A stretch of 55,515 nucleotides of DNA, counting the filler, from Catajapyx aquilonaris (taxonomy: Eukaryota), in the NCBI GenBank assembly GCA_000934665.2. It is 3 parts of 3 records of this genome, joined end to end, with 100 filler letters (N's around TTAATTAATTAA, not from the genome) between each part and the next. Parts side by side here need not be neighbours in the genome. Positions count along the whole stretch, not along the records: positions 18,498 to 36,882 come from JYFJ02006709.1; 2 more parts are not named here. The stretch is one strand, 5' to 3'. The position numbers were made by a program, and so were the translations under genes. The stretch's first letter is position 1. Each line of letters starts with the position of its first letter. Shown here piece after piece: positions 22,291 to 34,900 of this stretch. The notes beneath the pieces were generated by a model, which was not told where the DNA came from, searched no databases, and was given only the letters and a program-made list of their open reading frames with translations.

Positions 22291-25200
22291 ATTATTTGTC
22301 TAATTTTCATATTTTGTTGATTAATATCTCTCAAATCAATTTATTTGAGTTGACATTTATTGAAATGATAATTTGTTGCAATGTCGTGTGATGTCTTAAA
22401 ATTCGATTTATGACATGATTGTGTGCGTCACAAGGTGTGTCAGAATATACTGCCCAGATAATACCGAATATGAAAAATTGCATAAACAATCTTGGCGTGC
22501 AGAAATTAACGGAGCATTGGATAGTAGGCCAGATGGAACAGCGATCTATCGAGTTCGCTTATCTTCACGACCTATTTGCCCTTCGCAATGTTCATCTTTC
22601 CTTCGCAATTATTGTCAGGAGCTCAGTGCACTTAGGCCGGTCCGCCAAGCATGAAATTGAAGCGATAGTCGAAGAATCGTACTGGAAAATTAATGTTGTC
22701 CATCGGCCTCGTTTTCTCATGAGCCCTAAAGGAGAATTAAGTAATTAACACCCAACACTACCAAACGGGATATAGATTATTCCTATATAGAAAGTCATAC
22801 ATATTTCATTTGCAATCCTCAGTAAGGCATCTGATTATTGCCAGCAGCCAATAGCGGAATGTGCTTGGCAAAAACTGGCGAGTGTTTGACTCTTTTAAAA
22901 TTACAGTCTTTTCTCCACTTGATTTATGTGGCGGCAGTCGCTCCATTAATTTACGGCTAGAAATCTGCAAACAACTTTTTTTAAATATATAACTTGTAAC
23001 GTATTTATGGACAGCACAAATTACACAATTTTGTTGCTTCTTTAGAAACAGACAAAAGACGCCCGTGTGAACACATTGCATATACAACAGTCTCAATCAG
23101 CATGTAAAAAGGTGTAAAAATAATCACAACACATGTGAAAGCTACCGTGTCACATAACACATTGGAATTCGGGAAGGAAAACATGCAGAGACATATGCCT
23201 CCTTCATGGAGACTATTCCTCCATAGCAACACAACGGGTCGTGAGAGATGTCCTGATTACAAGTTCTGCAACACTCTTGATTCATACACTTCCTGGCGAG
23301 ACAAAAATATGCGTCAGGAATTAATTTCATACGTGACTTACGAGCCATGAAGCGTGACTAAGTGCTAAAAATAATTATTTATTAAAAATTTATGTAACCA
23401 CCATAGCAAAATTCATATAAAATTATTGTTTTATTTTATTTTATTATGGGGCTCGGGCGGAGATGCCAAGTGCCGAAGCCCCACAAAGGGGGCGAAGTCA
23501 TCGCCGAGCATAGCGAGTTTTATTAATACAATTTTTTAATTTTAAAGACACGTGCCCATGTTACGCCCACGAGAATCCACTCACTTGACTTGAACATGAG
23601 TCCTAATAACTTGAACCTATTAGAATGGGTAATGGCTGACCGCACACTACCCGGGCGCAGAACAGTAGTTATTTATCACCACTTTTCATCAAGCGAATTA
23701 CCAACGGAATGACGTAATGGGGTACCGTCCATTGTCTGCAGCTAATGAGATGTAATAACCGAGTTGCAATGAAGGGAAAATCTGCTGCTCGTTGAAAGGA
23801 AAAAGCTGACCAAACCACACGTGAGAGGTATGACCGCTGGACCCTACACCTTAAGATGAATATGAAGATGGGACCTCCCACTCCCGAAAAAAAAGTGGTT
23901 TCTTTGGAACTTAAAGCCTTTACCGTTATAACTACGCGGATAAAACGTAGCCATTCTGGAGGGAAAACCGAATCATGTTCCATAACGGAGCGGCCCCCAT
24001 GTTTATTATAAAAATAGTGCTATTCTTCAGGACCTATGCAGAAGGCCTATAAGCTGTCAGAACCGGTACTCTATGCAATTGTGGTGCACTGACCAAGTAC
24101 ACACCCTGTAGTTATACTTTCCAATTGGTGCTAATAAGCCGAATGAAAGTGGCTGTGAACTATGAATTTTCCAGATATGACCTGATCTAATTAGTCTGAA
24201 ATTTTTTAATTAGCTAAAATGTATCTATACGCAGCTAACATAGGGTGACACCCTGTATGATCAGCTGAGGTCAAATTCCGTTCGTGACGGTTTCGTGATG
24301 CTTTCTGACTTAACCTAGAATGTTAGGTGTGAAGTTCAGGGCTGGTGCTACGATGACATCCGCGAGTTTTCATGATGCCACGCCTATCAGAAAATAGGTC
24401 TTCTGCTTCGATAGGTGATGGACCAATAAGGCACAGGAATTTATTAATTTGTGCCACATCATTTTTTTATTATTATTTATAGAGATAGAATAGAAGGATA
24501 GAGGCGGAGTCTTTTTCTATTCGGTCACACCCTGTTTAGTGTCAGATGCAAGTATTTTTATAGCTAATTTATGGTTATCGATGCGTAGCCCCGTGAGGGG
24601 AATTTTTTTTTTGGGTGCCACCCGACTTATTTTGTGGAAGAAAAGGAGTCGTTGGTGCTTGCAAATGGCGCACTTTTCCTTTGGTAAATATTTGCGGGTA
24701 TCCCTCGGTTTTATGAGCTCACAATTGATTCAGTGGATGTAACGAATTTCTCTCCAAATTGATAAATATTTATGGCCATGAGAATTTTGGTTCGTTCCAT
24801 GAATTGTTGACAATTCAGACATTCAGTATTACGTCATGTTGAGGCATATAGGTGTTAATTTTAATAGGCTATTGTTTCAGCGTTGATATGACTACAGAAA
24901 AATATTATTTTGAATCGTTCTGGAATACATTATAATTATCAATATAAATTGCATATTTTTCAGTTATTTAGTTGGATGTCCTACAAACTTCAGATATTGC
25001 TAGCACTCTTTATGAGTCTCCAGGCAAACTAATAACCGCGATAACCATTCTGAACAGTGATAAATACCACCTAGATTAGATCACTCCCTGTTGAAAGTGA
25101 GCTTTGTCCAGAAGTGGCCATGTTGAGTCCATCAGGATGTAGGCTGTGTGGTGGAGGGACGGTGGGGCAAAGGAAGAGAGAGCTATGAAAAAAAAAAAGA

Positions 25201-27506
25201 AGTGGGGCTTGTGCATGTGTTGGGCCGAGTGGGAGGGAGCCTGTGTTCCCATGGTGGTTGGTTGGTAGGTAGGGGAGGCCTCGAGCCAGCCAAGCCAAGT
25301 CAGTTCAGCGGCCCCCAAGCCCACGTGTGGACTCATCCGAAATGGGCTCCGTCTAAAACGTTGATAGTGTGGACAGTGCCATGTCTTTCGGAGTGTTTGG
25401 CAGCATCGTACATCGCCTTCAGTCTTTGTCTCCATTGGCAAGTCCCACAACCAGTCCTATCAGCTCGCCTAAACCAAGGCGTAAGTTGAGGCTTAAGGAC
25501 AAAGCTAGAGGACGGAGGGGTCGTACAACCAGACCTGAGTTCAGGGAGGTGCAGAGCGAGCCTGAACTTGATTACGAGGTTGGACATAAAGGGAAGAAGA
25601 AGGATGTCCAGATTCAGGACCCGGTTTACAGCGTGTCTAAGTCTATCGGGACGGCCACCTGGAGCTTGGGAAAGTCAACTGGACATTTGTACTCGTGCCT
25701 TCAGGGCTCCAAGACTCTGGGGAGAGTTGATGGCACCAAAGAGGTGAGGTCCTTTGTGATGAAGAAATGCAATTAATTAATTAGACCAGCTGATTTGAAA
25801 CTGATCTGAAATCATGCTGAGCTGGTGGTCTACAAATAACGGAATAGGAAATTCCTTTCTGGCTAGTTCCACCAGAGCAATCCCATCAATATTCTCATCT
25901 GGACAGTTAATTCCAATGGGCGTCATCCATCACTGGGTTTCTGATTCTGAAGGGTGAATTGCACTTATTGAAGAGCGAGAAGTAAAACTGTACTAGTCAT
26001 TTTTATGGGGTTGGCTTACCACAGTATTTGTGCGAAAGTTTCCACTCCAATTATTATTATGGGACAGTGTCTGGCAATTATGGTACTGGTTTTAATTGAA
26101 TGATGCGACGTTTCGGCGTCGTTAAACTGACGGTATTGCGGGATAATTAGTGTTCTTTGCATTTATTGCTTCTACTTAAATATGCAGAACATGAAGTTCA
26201 TAAGCGTACATTGTTAGACCAATTTCCAGGTAAACCGTGAGTATGCGGTACTTGATGAGCATTGCACAAATCATAGAACAGGAAACACCTTGACGTGTTG
26301 ACTCATCCGTTGCAATGTATCTGAACCAATTCCATGGCCAGCAGGCAGACAAGCTTACAGAGAAAATCGACAATAACCCACGTGGGAAAACTTGTCAACA
26401 ATCCAGCAGGTCTTGAGACGAGGAAGGCCTCCAGTGTTAGGTCACATAAGCCCCACCTCTCTAGCCAGCCCCTCCTTTGCCCATAATTATAAATCTTCAA
26501 CCATTTCCACAATTATTGGTAACCCGTTGCCCTACACGATGGCCTCAGAAAGGCCTGCAAGGAAAACTCCGTTATTCAATGCTCATGGCTAATGTCGTGA
26601 TTAAACTGCCGCCGTTCTGCTAACTTAATTCATGGGTTTTGACGAATTATCCACCACGAGACCCGATCAAATTGGGATCATTGCTGTTTTTTTGTAGTTG
26701 AGAGAATGGGGGGTGATCAGCACGATAGTGACAGGATCAAGTGTCCAGTTACAATTGTACAGCTGAACGTGCTAGAAATTTAGCCGATTCTAGGATTTAC
26801 CACCTAGTGGTACATTTTTCTGTACGCTTAAATTTTTTAGCAATAACTACCAATTTGTATTATCCAAGTCTGCTAATTTGTTCCAGCATCTATGCTAATT
26901 TATTTCCCATGTGTTCCGATCATCATTGCGTGATATGGCGCCTGGAATTAATGGTGGGGGCGCCGAAGTGTATGCATCATAGTGTGTGGTGTGGTTGGCC
27001 AGATTTATGACCCGCCATGACGTGACCTGCTGCTCTCTGTATTGGGTGGTGAGGAATGTAGGAGAGGATTTCTTGGAGAGTGGGAGTGGAAGGACGGGGT
27101 CATTTTTTTTTGTACTTCTTTTTTTTCCGTTTTTGGTTGGATGATAGGGGGTGCAACTTACCAGTGCAGATATCAGGTTAAAGGCAAGGTCTGTGCCCTA
27201 TCCGAATCTCAAGGACATCCCGTTGCAGACTGGATGTGCCTTCAGGAGTTATTGATGGCGATTATGTCAATCTGAACGATTTATATCATATATGGGTGGG
27301 CAGAGTTTAGGATACAATAAAATATGGGGCGTTAATATGGCTAGTCTGAACCTGCATTACCTCCCACTTCATGTAACGTTGCCATACATGGAAAGTAGCG
27401 ATACTATTTTATTAGAACGATCGGGATTGGGGCGTGGGAAAATTTTTGGCAATGTCATGTGGGCGTAACGTTTGGGATAATATCGGCCATTTTCAATTAT
27501 AATTAA

Positions 27507-27535
27507 CTAGCAGGATACCCGGCGTTGCTCGCGTT
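27507..27535 (-). mobile_element. Helitron 3' terminus fragment
   Basis: actagcaggatacccggcgttgctcgcg closely matches the Helitron end at 9944 (actagcaggttacccagcgttgcccggg). Confidence 0.65.
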
Positions 27536-29214
27536 ATCTGAAATACTGTGAATGAATCGATGTATCGATGCTACATCCGGGGTTAGTGCTTTTTTGCCCT
27601 TTCGCCTCCTGAGGTCAAGTACAAATGTGCTAAAAACCTTCCCAGTTAAAAACTACCCCCAATGATCACCCTGGGGCATACGTCGAGGCCTCCGTATTGA
27701 TTTGCATCGGGAACAAGGGGACATACGTTGTGAAATATGTATAAGATTACATTATTATGGTTCAGATCTCCGAGATATCTGATGTCTTAGTGTCTGAATT
27801 TTGCCTTTCACGGTCAGTCACATAATTAGGGCTTCCCCTGCATAACAAATGACTCGCCAAGAATTTTTCGCCACTGCCCTATCCCTAAGTAAATCAGCTC
27901 AACCCACAGACCGCACGTCTTCATATTGAGTAACCTAATTCTTCAACCATCTGTTGCTACCTTCCTTCAAACTTCATTGTCCCTAGTTTTTTTTCTTCAC
28001 TTCTTCAAAACCTTCTCTCCATCTTTTTCTTCTAGATTCCCACCCACCCCACCACCTCCTTGCCCAAAGGGCCACTTTTCAAGGTTGGAGAAGAAGGAAC
28101 GCTAACGGTGTACCATCCACAGAAGGCGAACTCTCTTGCTCACCTCTTCAGGATTGTGATGCTCTTCATTTTTTTTTTACCTCAACATTTCCTTCTTCTT
28201 CCACTTGTTTCAGGTAGTCTGAAAAGTCAAGACGTGCCTTGTTTCCTTCTGGTCTTTTTTACCTAGCGACCACCACCTTCGATAAGGTTGGCGCCACTTG
28301 TGCTCTTCTGGATGGAATCTGCCCCGGAATTTTTTGGCCAATTTATACAACGAGGCAATTATTACGCTGCAGGGGTGTGTGGTTTTTTTAGCGGATTTTT
28401 ATGAATGTGGAATTCTTGTCAGATGGGGGTAACATCTTCCCGGTTTGCCACCGGTCCTTGTCGAGCGAGGTATACCGGAGTTTAGGAATGACGAGTGATG
28501 CATGGAGGAACGTGGTGGATATGCTGGAGAAAATTTTAATATTATAAATATAACCGAAGCAGGTTGGTGTAGTGGTTAAGGACTGCCAATCTGTGGTTTC
28601 CCATGGTCCTCCCAGGATAATTCCGGGATAGCTTCCAAATAATAGGCCACAGCCGCTTCCTTCCCTATCCATGTATGAAAGTTTCAGAAATAATTTGAGT
28701 GGCAAAATGGTGGTATTCCACCCCCCCCTAATAGAGCACTGATTCTCCAAATGGGGTAAAAATTTAAAATATTATAAATATATCACCCCACCATCGATCA
28801 CCCTATCTTTGATCCTACCGACAGACTGTCCTCCTTGTCTGTATGTCAATCTGACCCGATAGGGGTGCATGGCCCCTGTATTGTTGATGCACCCCGTGTG
28901 TGATGTGGCGCCTGGTTGCTGCTGAACATGACTAGGGGCCGAAGCCATTTCTCCCCACCTCCCGTTACGTGTTCTCCCCAAACCCAACCTTGCTGGCAAT
29001 TCAACCTGCCGTTCGGCAAGGCCGGGTCACCACCAGTTTTTTTTAATGGTCAAGAGTGTGTGTGTGTGCAGTGCGTTGATATTCGCTGGGTCAACCAGGG
29101 GAATGTAGGCAAATATTTAAAAAATTTAAACCGTATTAATAAGTGAAATTGGGGCATGTTATATGTGACTATTAGCATGTTTCGGTGGTCATGTGTCCTC
29201 AAGTTGTGGACAGA

Positions 29215-29880
29215 CTACCTACATCGTCAAAGTAAATTTTGCCTCCTTCTTTAAAGAGTATACCCGCAGGATTATATGTGGAGGAGCTGTTCAGGGTTGA
29301 ACGACCGTCCACTTCACGTCCGGCTACCGATGGCCGTGAATTTTTGCCTACAACACCCCACCTCTTTTACCCTCTACCACCCGCCACACCTAACAACTGG
29401 TCACTGGTTATGGCCTGAAAAAAAATTACCAGAATCAAAAATTTGGTGTACGTGCAGGGTTGAATATTTTTACGATTGGGTTCAATAAGCTGGAGGGGGG
29501 GATCCCACACATCCGATCCAATTAAAGAACAGCAAAAACTGTATGGCTTATACCTGAATTGCCACTTCGTAAAATCCAGAGTGGGTTGGACTCGAATTTT
29601 TGTCACAGTAAAAAAAAAATCTGGTCACTCTGGAGGGCACTTCCCCAAGACGTGACCTTTACAATAGGACGAGGATTTTACAGGTACATTTCCTGTGTTT
29701 GGGTTCAGACAACAAGAGAAGGGCTACCGAATTGCCGCCAAAGTGTGGAAATTGCACCTAATGTCCTGTTACGGTGGGTTTTTGATAGCGGGTTTTATGG
29801 GGGTTTTATAACGACCGTCTGGAACCAGCAGTATTTCCTGTCAATTACAGATAAATTAGGAGAAAAGTTGTGTTCATAGA
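29215..29880 (+). pseudogene. Family-B DNA polymerase-like remnant
   Basis: YIVKVNFASF(.KSI) ~ motif A DFxSxYPS; AAKVWKLHLMSCYGG ~ motif B KxxxNSxYG; followed by FLSITDKLGEKL. No DTD motif seen. Confidence 0.42.
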
Positions 29881-30510
29881 ATTTCTGTCTGTTTATGATT
29901 TATCCGCCTGAAGCTTTCACTATGAAAATGACCCAAATTGTATGTATTATCAGCTTGTTATAACGTTGCATTTTGATTTTTATTTTTTTTTGAACAGTAG
30001 GTAAATTGACGTTGGTAAGAAAGGAAAGTGATTTTATGCTTCACCTAGCGAGATGGTCACGGGCGGAAATCCCGTAAGCTACCCTCTTTTTCCGCCTGGC
30101 AATGCCCCCAAGGATGGACGTCGCGAAAAGACACCTCAACAAGTGTCGCCAGCAAGTTCTAGGAAATTTAGCGTAAGTTGTTTTTATGCCATCAACAGGT
30201 ACGCATTCACCTGATTTCCTGCCTTCACACAACAAGGCACGTTATATAGCCCACCTGTCTGCTTCCCCCCTCTGCTTCCGTCCGCACTTCCGTTTGGAGT
30301 GATTACAGCACCGCAAATCCGGTTGAAAGTAACACTGTCGTTGCGTGTACCTGAGCTCTAAATAACAATAAAAAAACATTGCGCATTTCGAAATTTGAAA
30401 TTACTACATTTTTTTTGCGAAACTTAAAAATAGTTCCACTATGTATGAATATGAGGCAATTCCTTTACTTATATAAATATACTGTATGCCGTATTATTGC
30501 TATAGAGTGC

Positions 30511-30905
30511 TATACACGACTGTAATGCACTGTACAGTACCGTCATGCACCATACAGTACTGTAATGCACTGTACAGTACCGTCATGCACCATACAGTAC
30601 TGTAATGCCCTATACAGTACTGTAATGCACCATACAGTACTGTAATGCACCATACAGTACCGTCATGCACCATACAGTACTGTCTTGCACCATACAGTAN
30701 CCATACGGTACTGTAATGCCCTATGCAGTACTGTAATACACCATACAGTACCGTCATGCACCATACAGTACTGTAATGCCCTATACAGTACTGTAATGCA
30801 CCATACAGTACCGTCATGCACCATACGGTACTGTAATGCACCATACAGTACTGTAATGCACCGGACAGTACTGATACCCTATACAGCACTGTACTATACA
30901 GTACT
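30511..30905. repeat. 20-bp tandem array (CCATACAGTACTGTAATGCA / CCATACAGTACCGTCATGCA)
   Basis: About 19 visible units, core palindrome TACAGTACTGTA; the N at 30700 suggests collapsed length. Confidence 0.95.
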
Positions 30906-30909
30906 ATTG

Positions 30910-31900
30910 CTATGCAGTCTTATTTCTGACCTTCAGGAGGCAACAGCAATCCAAAATAAACATTTTTTGTCTCATTTTTTTGAGAATTTTTTTACTTGCC
31001 CTGAGGGGGTGACACAGCCAGCATTCCAAAAGGTTAATCGGTCGAAAGGCACCTGCTTTCAACTCCCCCACCCAATCCCTATAGAGTATAGAGTAACCTT
31101 GACAGGTCTCTGATGTTGTTGTTTGATAGGAAGACATCGTACCTCTCTAGAAGAGAGCTTTTTGTCCGGGACAAAGAGCGCAGTAGTCCACTGCAACGCA
31201 CTTATGGGGAGTTCACCTTATCGAGACAGTTCTTTGACATCAACTCTTGAGGTCGTTATATCAAAAGAAAGGTGGTGGTAGTAAGGCAGGAAGAGCCGAC
31301 CTCTGGAATTTCTTTACCAACTAGTTTGATGGTGAGGGTGAGAGGGATGGATCACGAAGCATCACATAACTCCGTGTGTTGCCGCTAGGCAAAAGGACGA
31401 GGAAGTTGTCCCAGATGCTATATCCAACTTATGGTACACCCGGTTCCAAAAAATGCACTTAGGGCGCTAACAAGCTGTGTTGAAACTGAATCCCCTGGCA
31501 CGAGACCCCTCTTCTTGAAAAGGACTCCACCCTTGCCGCAAAAGGGTCCTCCAGGTCCTTCCTTCCAATCCATCAGCCCTTCCACGGTGCCTTTGACCTT
31601 CTTCGGCAGTGGATGGCATGCCCGATTTGGTATGTGCAAATGTTGTCAGATGGTAACAAACAAAAAAGGAGCTCAATCACCATAGGGTTAAAAAAAAGGC
31701 GGACAAAATATCCCCTGAGGGTCAAAAATGTCCAGTCCGATCCAAAATTACAGGGAGAGTGTGTGCCAATCGTGATCCATTACGAGAATAATTCGAAAAT
31801 TATCGGTTAAGCTGGGGTACATAAATAAGAGCCACACACTGAGGTGGCCATCAAGTGTGTTTAGACGGGTCATTTGATGTGGACCCTGTGGCCACCCCGA
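30910..31900 (-). pseudogene. TERT/Penelope-like reverse transcriptase remnant
   Basis: Motifs in the correct order across frameshifts: A FVT.DNICTY (~31660-31630); B' FKKRGLVPGDSVSTQLVSALSAF (~31520-31452); C SIWDNFLVLL (~31419-31390). Confidence 0.55.
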
Positions 31901-34900
31901 AAAAATGCGTGTCGTATTAGGATAGCATCACTCTAAAAATTAGTCAGAACTATTTTTAAAATATGGTTAAAAATAAAATGCACACTTTTCATATATTTTG
32001 CCTTCTAAGATGGTCACGCACAATTTTAATAGCCATGCGAATATAATATTTTCGCAAGGCTGAGACCTAAACACAAATCATGGATAATAGCAGGTATTTA
32101 TGCAAATTGAGTCTATTTTTAAGTGCAATTTTTTAATGGTTGCTGAATATTTAACTATTTTTATGAACCACCCACACGTTCAATTGGCTGATACCTGTCG
32201 GTGACATACAATTCCACGTATGGTAACGACCCTGAATATTTATGAGTTCTAGTGATATCAGACATTACCTATCCGAAGAACTGTTTTCTTTTCAAGTTTT
32301 TTTTGTTTTGTTTTTTTGGAACATTACATTCCAACCATCGCCATTTTCCAACCGTCTAGACATTGCGAAATGGTCATGAATTTGCCTACCTCCAGTCTGG
32401 TCATAAACCTTAAAAATGACCAGGTGGTCCAGGGGGGGTTTTATGACGGCCATTTTTGCCCCGGAGAACCATGGTTGGCCCCCGGTGGTAGCTCCCAGAA
32501 GGAACGGGTTTGTTTGGTGGGAGAGGAAGGAAAAGGTTGGTTGCTGGGCACTTCTTTTTTAGGTCATTGGTTCCATGGCGGTCGGTCAGGCGGACTAATG
32601 CGAGATGCACGTCTTTTGGCGAAGGTCGTCATTTGGAGTCGACCTCTGACGCCTCCATCTTGACCAGAACGTGCTTGACCTTGAACCGACGGATACAAGT
32701 GCGACTTTGGCATACATTAGCAGTGTAATCTACACGGGCTAGACAATGTAGGTGGTTGTTAATTAAGGGTGTAGAACAGCGTGGGGCTATTGATAGGGTG
32801 AGGAATGTAATTAGTTGGAGATGACGTGCATAAGCGTGGATGTGCTGCGTAACGTCTTTTCAAACGGCCCGCTTTGATATGTATCGATATTACCATCGGG
32901 GATGTATCGATATACAAGGCCCCCTACGATTGGCACGATGTGATTACCCAATCATAAAAGCCGATTGCTGATTGGACGGAGACATTTTGCTATTGCTATT
33001 GGCTACAGCCAGGTATCGCCACTTGCGATTGGTCCACACGGCAAGTAGGCAAATGGATGACGGTGTTAACCCCATGTTGTACCCACTAGTGGCATGGTGA
33101 GTGCATACCATTGCAGGTGGGCTTTCACTTTTTGTACCCACCTCACCGGCGGCGAGATGGTTGATTTGCCCATCTATTTGCATAGCCGTCGCGGATTTGA
33201 CCTGTGACGTGTCCCCGGGAGTGGTAGTCACGAGCACGATTCCTCTCGTTGATAGTTTCGTGAGCGGCGCGTACCACTTACCGCACTATACACATACTTA
33301 CATGGTAGTGTATGGTTTGCCCAATCTGCTGCCGAGAGCTTGGTGTATTCAGAGCCAGACGGTTCCATTGACCTGCGATCAATGGACTAAACGTGACGGA
33401 CTAAACAGTGTGCCGTGCAATCAGTTTGTCCTGATTGGGTAATGAGTGTTTCGACACCGGTACGCACTTATGTGAGGGATTACATGATGCAACTAGCAGG
33501 TACACACCAATCATGTGGAAAATTATGTGGATATGGAAATTCGATATATCGATTTGAAGCGCCAATACAATAATTAGTAGCTAATGTTATAACTTCTACA
33601 AGTACAAGTAGCTGTTCGAAAATAACTGTTGAGTGTGCAAAAAATCTCAAATTGGAACACATTATTGGATAGATTTTCGGGTGATACTACAGGCAATGTA
33701 TACGGTACTTTTACTGTCCGAATACCGATCGTCTAATTATTCAACAAATCATCAATCATTCTTACAAAAAAAAAACTGTCGGTATTTTTTACGAGAGAAA
33801 GCGGGATATGTCCGTGATGGTTTTTGCATGTGATAAAACAGGATGTTCATTAGGCCAATTTTTTATACCCGCAAAAAAAAATAATGGCGTAGGTGCCCAG
33901 TATCAAGGTCGGCCAGAAAATCTTAAGGAGACAAGGCAATTGTCTCGTTAAATTTAAAATAAAAAAATAAAGGTGCGGATGACCCGTCGTCAGCTGGTAG
34001 GCACTTCATCTCTTAGTGTTGGCCCGTCCTCGCCCTTTGACCTCTGGTTGGGGGTCAGCATTCCAAGCAGTGCCGTACGTGGGATGATGGTATCGAAGGA
34101 TGAGCCGTCCTTGAGAAGGTTCGAGGCCTGCATTTTTTGGCGGGTTTGAACTCTTTGTTTATGCTAAGCATGATCACAAGGGGACATGGCAGTTAGGACA
34201 TGATGGAAAGAACCAACGGACAAAAGGGGATGGGTGGGGGGACACCAGGGGGACACGGATCTGTGCTTGCATGAATTGTATAGCCGGTTGCACCACAGAA
34301 TTTGTTCAAACAAAATGACCTGGTCAAATAATAGTAGTACTACACCTAACAGTTGGGAATAGTTGCATAATGCGCATGCGCAAAGTGGCGCCATCTCGCA
34401 CTGTGGCGCCATCTGGTAAGGGGGTGCCATCTATTGGTTACCGTATATGTCGCGGACGGAAAGTACCTGGTTGGCGGCTTACTTTGAAGTAGCAGTTAAC
34501 AGATAAGAGGAGACTGATCTCCCTGGTTGAGACAGCCGCCCAGAGCAGATCCTATTACCTGTGAATGATGCAAAAAAAAATTGAAACAAGTGTGACCTCT
34601 CCCTATCCCGCATTCCCTTTCTGCCATCTCCTCCACCCATCTCTAGCTTTCACATCCACTTTTCCAAATTTTATGGCGCCCAGCAGGTTTATAATTGAAT
34701 AATTTAACGGCCCGTCATTGAGAGCGTAACTAATGCAATCAAAGCGTACCCACTGCCCTCTGGCGTACTGTGGAATTTGCATCTGTATATCACGGCTACC
34801 TGGTGTCACGACATGACCAAAAAAAAAAATTTGTACTCTCATCGAAGGAATTTGGTTCCCAAGATTATTCAGTGTCATAAGCATGTGAAGTGGGACATTT

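Noticed and set aside
26370..26400. NPRGKT as a terminase/Walker A motif
   Set aside because: Lacks the PRRxGKT or GxxxxGKT context, and no Walker B is visible
30500..30905. CRISPR array or repeat-protein ORFs
   Set aside because: Contiguous 20-bp units with no unique spacers and no cas genes; the ORFs are by-products of the repeat
30910..31900. The host's functional telomerase gene
   Set aside because: Multiple stops and frameshifts, no recognisable T/CP motifs, and embedded in a decayed gene array; kept only as a TERT/Penelope-like relic
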